Of a stretch of 58,880 bases of DNA, positions 1 through 10,974 are shown one piece after another. Source of the stretch: Neoechinorhynchus agilis (taxonomy: Eukaryota > Animalia > Acanthocephala); the NCBI GenBank assembly GCA_051530055.1, contig JBMGUZ010000013.1, positions 1 to 58,880 of the forward strand. The letters run 5' to 3'. Positions within the stretch are counted from its first letter, which is position 1. Each line of letters begins with the position of its first letter. The notes beneath the pieces were generated by a model. The model saw only the letters and a list, made by a program, of their open reading frames with translations. It was not told the DNA's origin and did not search any database. The translations under genes were made by a program, and so were the position numbers.

Positions 1-377
1 GATCGCAGGATTCGAAACAGCGGCTATTCTCATGGCCGTGTTTCATTTTCTATCCCAAGGACGACTCCGGATCTTGTGGCTGCAAGTTTCTTCTGTCTTT
101 GGACAAATCTCTTGTAAGTGTCGCCTACTATTGTAAATATTCTTGATCTTTGTCTTAAGTGACCTATCAACAAGTGGGAATCGGATCGTTTGTTTTCTAC
201 GTCAAAGAGAAGGACCATCGATTTTGCTATCCATTTTATTTGGGGATTGCAAGATGCCTTTTTTCGATCTTATCCTTTATATTTTCTCAAACAGCGACAT
301 TTATTCTCGGCACCGAGGTAAAGAAAATATCAGAAGAGTTTTCTGAAACGCTTGTTCCTCCACTGAAATATTTCCTA

Positions 378-1993
378 GATGAAGAAGCCTTCCAAGTTAA
401 TGAATTAGGCTACCATTCTGGTACAATTGAGACGGATTCTTTTCAGTCGGAGAGGTTGATAGATCCGACAAAATCAGGCATAGGCGATCAACTGTTATAT
501 GATAGAATGTGGTTTTGGAGAAAATTCTCAACTTTCGGACGAATTGACGTCATTGAAACCATATCGATTATATAACGTTATGTGTTTTGATGTTTCGTGC
601 GTGCGCGATATATATTAAAAAAACCTAGATATTCATGTAACCTCAAAAACGTTCCTTTTTCGATCCCTACGTTGTCTGGGATAAGCGTGATCATCATACC
701 CACGCCTTTGCCGCATTAGTCAATTCTCTTATCTCGCAAAACCGCTCTACCATCTTTGGCCCGACCCCTCGATTGCAATGGGCTCTTTGTTAAATCTAAT
801 AGAATTTGCGATGAAGGCCTCCATGGTTCTCGCCTCTTCTATGAAGAAGCCTTCCAAGTTAATGAATTAGGCTACCATTCTGGTACAATTGAGACGGATT
901 CTTATCAGTCGGAGAGGTTGATAGATCCGACAAAATCAGGCATAGGCGATCCACTGTTATATGATAGAATGTGGTTTTGGAGAAAATTCTAAACTTTCGG
1001 ACGAATTGACGTCATTGAAACCATATCGATTATATAACGTTATGTTTTTTGATGTTTCGTGCGTGCGCGATATATATTAAAAAATTCTTGTCAGGAAGCC
1101 AAAGCATGACAGATAGAATGTGGTTTTGGAGAAAATTCTCAACTTTCGCTATCTCCTAATTAACCAAAATTAATTCTAGGAATTTGATCCGCACAACAAG
1201 AATATAAAAATATAAGCCAAAATGTTGCATACAGCCGATAGTTTTGACAAATTTTGATCGAATTCATGAAGATTCGCGTGTGATAACGCTGGAATCATCC
1301 TCGTAGAGAAATAAATTTTATGGACCAACTAGAAATAATCAATTCATTGGGCAAATAAAACCTAATGAGTTCTATAGACCAGCCGATGAGCAGCATTTTG
1401 GATTTAAAGAGGTTAAGGACAACCGCTTATAACATATCAGCCGTGATAAATGGCCAGACGCTACGAGGTTGTTTACACTTCTACGAGCTGATCGAACTCT
1501 AACAGGAGATGAAAATTTATGCACTGATGGTTTTACAGCCTATATATTCTATGCAGGATTCTCACATATCATTAAGAATTTAGTTCAAAGCCCAGAATGT
1601 GACTGAGCGTTATTGGAAGTACATACTGTATACAATAACCTTGGATTTTACAGAATCCCAATTCCATCAATATTCAATGACTGGTTTTCAGCAATTGGAA
1701 CCTTTACAGGCAAGAATAATGGAAGGATTTACCGCCCAGCCATCCCATTAATACCAACCGAAGGGCCACACTTTTCGAACTACTTTTATAGTCAAGAAAC
1801 AGCGCCCATCTTTCCAAACTTCAGAGCGTTATTTGCAAAAGCCGTTCTACTTTCAAGCGATACGACTTTTACGTTTACAGCAGCGCACCGAAGCAATGCG
1901 AGCCGTCGTCCCGGTATTTGCATCATTAGCAGCAGCTGTCCTCAACAGAGCAGCATTCCCTGCCTGTCAATAACTGAGAAGATATTTACAATT
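378..1993 (+). repeat. Left copy of a duplicated block (internal ~460-bp 'A' units plus ~850-bp 'B' segment); decayed coding sequence of unknown, possibly viral, origin
   Basis: gaagaagccttccaagttaatg recurs at 381, 844, 5094 and 5552. 1109-1993 matches 5669-6414 at about 99%, apart from a 138-bp in-frame indel (~1722-1859 present only on the left). Confidence 0.9.
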
Positions 1994-2069
1994 TCATATA
2001 TCATTGTCTTCGGGGTGAATTTGATTGTGCGTTGGCGAATCCTGCCCCCGGTGCTTTCGTTACTCATTT

Positions 2070-2116
2070 ATATTCGAAATATTTCACAAGGTTTTCCTTG
2101 CCTCTTCAGTCGATAT
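2070..2116 (-). ncRNA. Hammerhead copy in the inverted pLTR (intact core)
   Basis: Exact reverse complement of 4794-4840. Confidence 0.7.
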
Positions 2117-2165
2117 CTAAAATGGAGGATATGGACATCATGCACAGCCGGTCACGTCTGGGTGT

Positions 2166-2321
2166 CGCGGATCTGAGCTACACCCAGACGTGACCGGCTG
2201 TGCATGATGTCCATATCCTCCATTTTAGATATCGACTGAAGAGGCAAGGAAAACCTTGTGAAGTATTTCGAATATAAATGAGTAACGAAAGCACCGGGGG
2301 CAGGATTCGCCAACGCACAAT
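2166..2321 (+). repeat. 5' pseudo-LTR of PLE-1
   Basis: Identical to 4731-4886 except A>G at 2263; contains the ORF start ATG at 2278. Confidence 0.93.
2229..2275 (+). ncRNA. Hammerhead copy in the 5' pLTR with core mutation GAAA>GAAG
   Basis: Same motif as 4794-4840 but G at 2263 replaces A15.1. Confidence 0.6.
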
Positions 2322-4758
2322 CAAATTCACCCCGAAGACAATGATATATGACATTAAAAAACAGTATGGCGATAACTGTACGAAGGGCATTAGCCACCTG
2401 TTAAAAATGGAGATTAGGCTTCTTAGCATCAAGCAAGGCCTTAAATTCATGCAGACATGTAGGGACGAGAACTTAACACCGATGTGTGTCCGACTAAAAT
2501 CAGGCATAATTGGATTCCATGGATCATCACTGCAGCGCTCCTTTGAAAGACAATTATTGAACTTCGCCATTGTAGAGATGAGGAAACGAATATGTCACAT
2601 TAAGAACGATTCCATGAGCACATGGGAATATCTTACACGCACTCTTGACTATGACGATATTATGTGGCTAAATGGATACGTTAATGAGCGAATAAATGCC
2701 CAAACACTGGAGATTAAGAAACGACATAGCAAGAAGTTGGATCGACTGCGACCAAACATCCCTAAGGTAGATACATATTTTCTCAACAAGTCCAAACGAA
2801 TTTTTACGGAAGAGGAAGATGCCTTATTGAGCAAAGGTCCTGATTACATTGTTAAACGGCGAATATGTGAAACCCAGATTAGATGTGACACCGAGCTACT
2901 CATACATACCGCTCCAAACGTAACCTGTGAAGCAGCAGAATATGATATGATCGCGAGGGCCGGGAACAAGGGTATCTGTAATCCGGAATGCACAGTAATC
3001 AAACAACTTAAGAATGACCAGACAGTTACAATCCTTAAATCTGACAAAGGACGTGCCCTAGTTGCAGTAGATACTGAAGAGTATAAAGATGCGGCCCACA
3101 GTCTGCTGGACTCTGGCAAGTTCGTCAAACTCAGTGCCAATCCAACAGAAAAACGGGAGACACAACTAAATGCATTATTGAGGACTCTACGGAAAAATAA
3201 CTCGATCACTGAGCACTTTTACCAACAGACGAGGTCTTCCACAGCCAGGGCTTCCTTCTTGTATCTTTCCCCAAAAATACACAAACCAACGATACAATAC
3301 CGACCAATAATAGCCAGTTACAATGCCTTCAATCATCGTTTGGCCCGAAAAATCAATGCACTAATAAGAAGCGTCATGCCGAACACTCCGTCCTACATAG
3401 CTGACGGTCCTTCCTTTGCAACTCGAATGCGACTGGAAAAGTATGAACAGTGCAAATTCTTCACGGCCGACGTAACGTCCTTATTTACCAACATCCCACT
3501 TCAGGAGACAATTTCCATAGCAGCTGAACTTCTACACAATCAATGCGAAGAACCGCGCCTGGATAATAAAACGTGGACAACTCTACTGCAGTGGTGCACA
3601 TGCAAGACCGTTTTTGAATTCGATCAAGTTTTCTATGAACAACGCGACGGAGTTGCAATGGGTTCACCTCTGACACCCACTCTAGCTGATCTCTACATGA
3701 GAAGATGGGAAAACAACTTCATGAAGAAGCAACCCAACATCAAAAAGTGGTATCGCTATGTTGACGACGTGTTCATAGTCACTGATGATGAAACGAGCAT
3801 GAGAGACCTAAGCATTCCACTCAACATGCAGGATCCAAACATCCAGTGGTCAATGACTCAGGAAGATGAAGAGGGGGCTATCTCCTTTTTGGACGTAATG
3901 ATAAAACACGATGATAAAGGCAACATCAAAACACAGCTCTACCGCAAGCCAGGTATACCATGGGGTCCACCTCACTGGTCGAGCCACCAACCGTTCCACT
4001 ATAAAATAACAGCGGCAACGTCCTACTTCAAGAGGGCCAGGATGATTTCTTCAGAAAGCAGGGATTGGGAAGAAGAAAAACAAAGTATCACAAAAGTTCT
4101 CAGATCACGAGGCTTCCCTGAATATGCCATCAAAATCAGCCTGAAAAAGGCAACACATAGCGGGCATCGCAAGAAGAAGGATACCGCAAACATCTCCCCC
4201 AAATACGCTGGCTTCAACCACATAAGTGACAATGCGACCGGAAAACTGAGGCGCCTGAACTACCTCGTTCCAAATCTCTTTATCTACAACAAACGGGGCG
4301 CATCCATTGCGGGCATTCTCAAGAGGAAACCCAGTCAAGAGGCAAAATCAGGGATATACAAAATCCCATGTGCAGAATGCCCAAAGGTCTACATTGGACA
4401 AACCATGCAAGGGATCGGAAAGCGGATCTCGCAGCACAAACAAGCATGCAGGACATTCGACAAATCCTCTGCCATATCGAACCACCAGCAAACAATCCAG
4501 CACAGGGTAGATTTCGAAAAGGCGGCATTCCTAACCAGGGAACCGAATCTGAGGAGAAGACTGATTCTGGAGGCCATTCACATCCGAGGAAATTCGACGA
4601 TGGAAGGCAACAAATCTAACCATACGCTGGTGCTACCAATGTTGCGTAGCATGACGGGCAAATTAGTCGGCAACAAACCGCAAGAGGTGTGCGCGGATGG
4701 AACTCCCCACACTTCGGGTATTAGCAAACCCGCGGATCTGAGCTACACCCAGACGTGA
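2278..4758 (+). CDS. Penelope-like reverse transcriptase + GIY-YIG endonuclease (826 aa)
   Basis: RT motifs LYLSPKIHK..YRPII, ADVTSLFTNIP, GVAMGSPLTPTLADLYM, WYRYVDDVF, ISFLDV, LYRKP; GIY-YIG motifs GIYKIPCAECPKVYIGQT, RISQHK, LEAIHI..N. Confidence 0.96.
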   Translation: MSNESTGGRIRQRTIKFTPKTMIYDIKKQYGDNCTKGISHLLKMEIRLLSIKQGLKFMQTCRDENLTPMCVRLKSGIIGFHGSSLQRSFERQLLNFAIVEMRKRICHIKNDSMSTWEYLTRTLDYDDIMWLNGYVNERINAQTLEIKKRHSKKLDRLRPNIPKVDTYFLNKSKRIFTEEEDALLSKGPDYIVKRRICETQIRCDTELLIHTAPNVTCEAAEYDMIARAGNKGICNPECTVIKQLKNDQTVTILKSDKGRALVAVDTEEYKDAAHSLLDSGKFVKLSANPTEKRETQLNALLRTLRKNNSITEHFYQQTRSSTARASFLYLSPKIHKPTIQYRPIIASYNAFNHRLARKINALIRSVMPNTPSYIADGPSFATRMRLEKYEQCKFFTADVTSLFTNIPLQETISIAAELLHNQCEEPRLDNKTWTTLLQWCTCKTVFEFDQVFYEQRDGVAMGSPLTPTLADLYMRRWENNFMKKQPNIKKWYRYVDDVFIVTDDETSMRDLSIPLNMQDPNIQWSMTQEDEEGAISFLDVMIKHDDKGNIKTQLYRKPGIPWGPPHWSSHQPFHYKITAATSYFKRARMISSESRDWEEEKQSITKVLRSRGFPEYAIKISLKKATHSGHRKKKDTANISPKYAGFNHISDNATGKLRRLNYLVPNLFIYNKRGASIAGILKRKPSQEAKSGIYKIPCAECPKVYIGQTMQGIGKRISQHKQACRTFDKSSAISNHQQTIQHRVDFEKAAFLTREPNLRRRLILEAIHIRGNSTMEGNKSNHTLVLPMLRSMTGKLVGNKPQEVCADGTPHTSGISKPADLSYTQT

Positions 4759-4886
4759 CCGGCTGTGCATGATGTCCATATCCTCCATTTTAGATATCGA
4801 CTGAAGAGGCAAGGAAAACCTTGTGAAATATTTCGAATATAAATGAGTAACGAAAGCACCGGGGGCAGGATTCGCCAACGCACAAT
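4731..4886 (+). repeat. 3' pseudo-LTR of PLE-1
   Basis: Direct repeat of 2166-2321; contains the ORF stop at 4756-4758. Confidence 0.93.
4794..4840 (+). ncRNA. Minimal type I hammerhead ribozyme in the PLE-1 3' pLTR
   Basis: ATATCGA-CTGAAGA-G-GCAAGG-AAAA-CCTTGT-GAAA-TA-TT-TCGAATAT: CUGANGA core, stem II hairpin, GAAA, palindromic AUAU in place of stem III, stem I ATA-TCGA/TCGA-A-TAT. Predicted cleavage between 4832 and 4833. Confidence 0.75.
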
Positions 4887-6414
4887 GTAACCTCAAAAAC
4901 GTTCCTTTTTCGATCCCTACGTTGTCTGGGATAAGCGTGATCATCATACCCACGCCTTTGCCGCATGTGTCAATTCTCCTATCGCGCAAAACCGCTCTAC
5001 CATCTTTGGCCCGACCCCTCGATTGCAATGGGCTATTTGTTAAATCTAATAGAATTTGCGATGAAGGCCTCCATGGTTCTCGCCTCTTCTATGAAGAAGC
5101 CTTCCAAGTTAATGAATTAGGCTACCATTCTGGTACAATTGAGACGGATTCTTTTCAGTCAGAGAGGTTGATAGATCCGACAAAATCAGGCATAGGCGAT
5201 CCACTGTAATATGATAGAATGTGGTTTTGGAGAAAATTCTCAACTTTCGGACGAATTGACGTCATTGAAACCATATCGATTATATAACGTTATGTTTTTT
5301 GATGTTTCGTGCGCGTTATATATTAAAAAACCTAGATATTCATGTAACCTCAAAAACGTTCCTTTTTCGATCCCTACGTTGTCTGGGATAAGCGTGATCA
5401 TCATACCCACACGCCTTTGCCGCATGTGTCAATTCTCTTATCGCGCAAAACCGCTCTACCATCTTTGGCCCGACCCCTCGGTTGCAATGGGCTCTTTGTT
5501 AAATCTAATAGAATTTGCGATGAAGGCCTCCATGGTTCTCGCCTCTTCTATGAAGAAGCCTTCCAAGTTAATGAATTAGACTACCATTCTGGTACAATTG
5601 AGACGGATTCTTTTCAGTCGGAGAGGTTGATAGATCCGACAAAATCAGGCATAGGCGATCCACTGTTATATGATAGAATGTGGTTTTGGAGAAAATTCTC
5701 AACTTTCGCTATCTCCTAATTAACCAAAATTAATTCTAGGAATTTGATCCGCACAACAAGAATATAATAATATAAGCCAAAATGTTGCATACAGCCGATA
5801 GTTTTGACAAATTTTGATCGAATTCATGAAGATTCGCGTGTGGTAACGCTGGAATCATCCTCGTAGAGAAATAAATTTTATGGACCAACTAGAAATAATC
5901 AATTCATTGGGCAAATAAAACCTAATGAGTTCTATAGACCAGCCGATGAGCAGCATTTCGGATTTAAAGAGGTTAAGGACAACCGCTTATAACATATCAG
6001 CCGTGATAAAAGGCCAGACGCTACGAGGTTGTTTACACTTCTACGAGCTGATCGAACTCTAACAGGAGATGAAAATTTATGCACTGATGGTTTTACAGCC
6101 TATATATTCTATGCAGGATTCTCACATATCATTAAGAATTTAGTTCAAAGCCCAGAATGTGACTGAGCGTTATTGGAAGTACATACTGTATTCAATAACC
6201 TTGGATTTTACAGAATCCCAATTCCATCAATATTCAATGACTGGTTTTCAGCAATTGGAACCTTTACAAGCAAGAATAATGATACGACTTTTACGTTTAC
6301 AGCAGCGCACCGAAGCAATGCGAGCCGTCGTCCCGGTATTTGCATCATTAGCAGCAGCTGTCCTCAACAGAGCAGCATTCTCTGCCTGTCAATAACTGAG
6401 AAGATATTTACAAT
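4887..6414 (+). repeat. Right copy of the duplicated A/B block
   Basis: Starts at gtaacctcaaaaacg (equals 637) right after the 3' pLTR; ends at gatatttacaatt (equals 1981-1993), the point where the left copy meets the element. Confidence 0.9.
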
Positions 6415-6489
6415 TGGATATCAACTTGTTGACCTTTCTACTCGAAGTCACCCATCATTCGCCGAATGGATCATTTTAATTTCCATATA

Positions 6490-8030
6490 AAATCGATTTT
6501 ATACGCAAAAAGCTGAATGCAAGAAAACGAGAAGTTCTGGTATAAAATAGACGACAAAGTTCCGAGCCCTGAGAATCGAGCTTTGTATTAAAAGATGCAA
6601 ACGAACGTGTTTCGGTGATTATTCCCAAATATCAAAACAGTGATAAATAGCTTTCAGCATAGAAAAGTGTATGGCTTCCTGTGTATCCGAATGCTTTAAA
6701 TGGCTAAAAAAAGACGACAACTTCACTATTCAGCAAAATGGTCAATACTAAAGAAATGCCCTTTAATTACAGAAGTTTTGATATATTTCCAAGTAAACTT
6801 TTAGCAGTCCTTAGTATGATTTTTGTTAAGACCATAGACAATCATCGCTGATAATCGATTAATGAATTAACAATCAAACGCTGCAAAAGTTGTCACCAAA
6901 GCATTTCTTGATCTTATACGGAAATTATGAAATGAAACTAAAACTCTTCCTTACGAAAATATATTCCTAGAAAGTAGCATTAATAACGAAATTTTACCAG
7001 TAGACACTTCACGGAATAACACCACCATGGCCAAGAGATTTACGAAGGTTTCGAAAAACTATAATTTGTATATTATGAACGATTGGAGTTATTCGTTCGA
7101 TGACAAATGTTACGGAATGCGCCGTGTTCAATTCAACAAAGTCGAAGAGTTACATAGCAAAAGGACGAAGTTCAGAGAGTTAAATTTTATCTGTAATGAG
7201 GGCCTTGCAATACGGCTCTGGTTTAGAAACCATAATCTAAGGAAAAGAGGTGACGGCTGGGCAGAAAGTGTATTTCGAAAACTTACCAACCTCTATCGTG
7301 ATGGATTTGTTAATAGGAGATCGAAGACCAGTTAGAAATTCGAGCTGAACAAGGCCCGGGCAATCTATGGGACAAGGTCCGTAGATTCTTTGATAATGGT
7401 CTATGTTATCCATTAGTTAGAGCGAAATCTTGATAAGTTGAGTTGGGTCCAACATGTGAATTCTCCGCCTCCCTCCGAGCAAAGGCACTATGACAGATTA
7501 CAGGCAACAACGGACGGATTGACATTTGGGCTAATGCTCGACTACTCCGATTTCAATGTCCAGCATACGATAGAGAAATCCAAGCTCAAGTCACTTTAAC
7601 TATTGCCACTGTAGCGAAACTCTATTATGGTTGGGCCAAACATATTGGAAATGATGGCTGTGGGCATTACGTTCAAAAACTCCAGAAACTCCTGATGCTC
7701 TAGAGTGGATACTCAATTAAAGAAGACGTGGAATAGATAGAAAATTGCATCGGCAACTGTCTTCTGAGCGATGGAAGCTTTGAGACCAGTGCAAATGAAG
7801 GATGTCATGATCATCAAAGTGCCCATTACGGAAACGATCTCCATCTGATTGGCTACTCTCGCAACCAATCACAGAAGCGCGTTTGATCGCTATCTTTTAA
7901 TGGTTGACGATTTATTAATGATAGCAATGTTGATCGGTCATCGACTTACAGTCAATTTCCGTAACTCCCTGCAACTCTTTAACATTCCAGAGGTGAAATC
8001 GAGACAAAGAACGATGATCATTCAACTTTA
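6490..8030 (+). pseudogene. Endogenous viral element: decayed RNA-dependent RNA polymerase of a toti-like (Ghabrivirales-type) dsRNA virus
   Basis: Reading through stops gives SKTS*KFELNKARAIYG (7321-7371) and MLDYSDFNVQHT (7534-7569); after a frameshift near 7573, GNCLLS (motif B-like) and AHYGNDLHLIG (7821-7853, GDD-like). Order and spacing match totivirus motifs such as TKYEWGKQRAIYG, DF.DFNSQH, G.L.SG and HNGDD. Confidence 0.8.
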
Positions 8031-8604
8031 AATGCCACTCACCTAAAGGTTGAGGAATCAATACAGTATTTAAAGTAGGAGTTAGATTACTATCATCACT
8101 CTTTGAACAGCACAGTTCAAGTTTCGGGAAACTTGACTACAATTTCAACCTCAATCTAATGTCTCAGGACATAAAACAATTCTTGAATTTTGTGACAGCC
8201 AAGCATTGTTTTCTGGGTGGCGAGAAACTGTGTTTTTAGGTTGGAGAAACAACGTTTCCAACAATTTCAAGAAAAATTACATACATTGAGGCGCAGAGAA
8301 GTCCGTGCTCGATACGAACGTAGTAGAAATCAAGTATCCGCTCCAAAATCGCTCAATTGATCAGAGAACAAAAAAGAACGACGCAAGGAACACGAGCGCG
8401 ACATCCACAGAAAACGGACGGCGATTTGGAAAGTACGAAAAAACCAGGCGAATTCTGACTAAAACTGGACATCATGAAACGCCGGAAACACGTCCAAGAG
8501 TTTTATTCCTCCAGATCTACCATTCTTTCGTGTCTGCTCTCATTGTGTACGCTCGCTGCTTTACTTGAAGTGTGCGAACACCCTCACAAAACAAGAATTG
8601 ATGG

Positions 8605-8976
8605 CTAGTCAGGTTGTAACCACTGGTGGCGGTGGTGGGATGCTCGACAAAATAATTCTTGTCGTTTCTGGCTAAGCTTCTTCAATAAATTAACGCGTTC
8701 TTCTTTGAGGCCACAAAGATCTTTTCCCATTTCTTGGAGATCATCAACAAAACTTGCAACTTTATTTTCATGAATCTTTATAAGATTTAAAACGGGACTT
8801 ATTAAATTTTTCGATAAGTTGTTTTTATAGGATTTGTCTTCGAAAGATGACATTAATTTCTCTTCTTCTTCGGAATAAATCTCTTTCATTATTTTGTTCC
8901 TCTCCTCGAATTCCTTCAATTTCTTTTCTTGTGCCTTAAATCGCTCGTCTATTTTCGTCCTATCGTCATTATCCAC
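8605..8976 (-). pseudogene. Partial duplicate of the coiled-coil protein exon at 9921-10469
   Basis: ~550-bp segment 8651-9200 is about 90-95% identical to 10081-10635; the ORF diverges into unrelated sequence after RQELF. Confidence 0.6.
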
Positions 8977-9562
8977 TCGCTTCTCAAATCGATTCGGGAA
9001 TCTTGGTTATGTTCTGTAAAAATCTTTCTCAGTCAGCATCTAAAATTAAAATGACAAATTTTGTGATCTATAATTTTCACAACACGTTTCTTTGTTGGAA
9101 TAGAAGAAGTTCGTGACTTTAAGACATGAATGAAATTATTATTTCAACATTGCAGTGGCACGTTTCACATTTCTATATGAATTTGGCAGCAATCAAAAAA
9201 AATTGACCTCCTTGGAATAGGGTTAGAAGCGACAAAAATATCTGGAACTCTTGGGCTATCTCTGGCCTTGTGTTCTATTCCAGAGGGAGACCGCCTGAAC
9301 AACGCCTGAAATTCCAAAGTACCTTTCTCAACGCCCTAGCCAAGCTACCTTACCCTTGTGGAAAGTTCCCTCACTGGGCCGCGGAAAAAATGAACAAATG
9401 AATCGACATTTCCAAGGACGACTTAGGCTGTACGTCCTAACAATCTCCACAGTTCATTATGCTACGTGGTTCGTTTTCGAATAAATCGATTATTATTATT
9501 ATCTGCATTTCGAACAATTTATTATCCTATCGTTAAACGGAATTAAATGTTTTTCTACATCT

Positions 9563-10469
9563 TTATTCGAAGTGATACTTCAATAAGCAATTTCTTTCCC
9601 TTAAGACTTCAATCTTTCGACTGTATCTTTCGATTTGTTGATCATAAATTTCATTAATCCGCTCGATCTCATTGGAAATTGCAGTATTGGCGTAATTTTG
9701 ATACTTGCTAATCTCTGATCTATAAACTTTGTGTGCGTCTTCTTCTGATTTTTTCATTTTCTCCGTCAAACTTTTCTTTAGCTCATTTTGTTCTTTGAGA
9801 AGTCTTTGTTGAGTAACTTGCTGATCAACACACTGTCGTTTCATATCTTCGAGACTGTCATTTTCCCGAGCGATGGCGGCTTTATATTCATTTAGTTTTA
9901 AGAGCATCAGCTGACAATTTCTAAAATCGGAAAAATCTTTCTATAAAAGGAAATTCGAAAAAGATTTTTCGAATACGAATTTTCTCTAATTTGGATTTAT
10001 TGTGCTGATTTTCCTCTTCAAGAAGTTTCTGATCAACAAATTGATCTTGCTTTATTGAAAAATTTGAAGTATCATTCGTAAATAATTCTTGTCGTTTCTG
10101 GCTAAGCTTCTTCAATAAATTATCGCGTTCGTCGTTGAGGCCACAAAGATCTTTTCCCTTTTCTTGGAGATCATCAACAAAACATGCAACTTTATTTTCA
10201 TGAATCTTTATAAGATTTAAAACGGGACTTAGGAAATTTTTCGATAAGTTGTTTTTATAGGATTTGTCTTCAAAAGATGACATTAATTTCTCTTCTACTT
10301 CGGAATAAATCTCTTTCATTATTTTGTTCCTCTCCTCGAATTCCTTCAGTTTCTTTTCTAGTGCTATAAATCGCTCGTCTATTTTCGTCCTATCGTCATT
10401 ATCCACTCGCTTCTCAAATCGATTCGAGAATCTTCGCGATGTTCTGTGGAAGTCGTTCTCAGTCAGCAT
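9563..10469 (-). CDS. Coiled-coil protein of unknown function (at least 2 exons; splice phase not resolved)
   Basis: Two adjacent E/K-rich heptad-like ORFs (9921-10469 and 9563-9907); acceptor-like ttttag directly before the ATG. Confidence 0.45.
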
Positions 10470-10974
10470 CTAAAATTAAAATGGTAAATTTTGTTATCTA
10501 TAATTTTTACAACACGTTTCTTTGATGGAATAGAAGAAGTTCGTGACTTTAAGACAGCAACGAAATTATTATTTCAACATTGCAGTGGCACGTTTCGCAT
10601 TTCTATATGAATTTTGCACCAATCGAAAAAAATTTGACCTTAAAAATTAATTTGGTTTGTGGAACAAGTGAATTTTTGTTGTCCAATTTTTTTTGTTCAA
10701 TTTTACCGGAAATTGTTTCCAAAAATAGAAATAACTCTTATTTAGGCGGATTTCTTGTAATATTCAAAAATTCGAAGCCTGGAGTTTTTTCATATAACTT
10801 TTGTACTATTTTTTATTTTTACTTTTCTTTTGGGTTTTTTTCGCTGAACCTGCTCATTTCGATAAAATTGTTTATTTGGAACCAGCGATATGCGAGCAGT
10901 TGAAAATTATTTAAAAGGCTTTTAATGCTCAATTTTTTATTATGCTAAGAGAAAATGAAGATAAAAGTGAAATC

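Larger units (their letters stand above)
1994..4886 (+). mobile_element. Penelope-like retroelement (PLE), apparently full-length and young: inverted pLTR segment + pLTR + RT/GIY-YIG ORF + pLTR
   Basis: 156-bp direct pseudo-LTRs 2166-2321 and 4731-4886 with 1 mismatch; 172-bp inverted segment 1994-2165 pairing with 2180-2351; uninterrupted 826-aa ORF; hammerhead motifs in the pLTRs. The tail-to-tail inverted pLTR arrangement is typical of PLEs. Confidence 0.95.

Noticed and set aside
538-842. Possible inverted PLE 3' remnant within the A unit (EEARTMEAFIANSIRFN; degenerate GACG/CGTC-CGAAAG)
   Set aside because: Similarity is too weak by eye, there are multiple stops, and there is no CUGA core.
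2152-5579. Short antisense and alternate-frame ORFs over PLE-1 and the A repeats
   Set aside because: Shadow ORFs of the element, its inverted pLTR and duplicated sequence.
9200-9560. GC-richer segment with small hairpins between the duplicated coiled-coil exons
   Set aside because: No recognisable ORF, termini or RNA motif to support a call.
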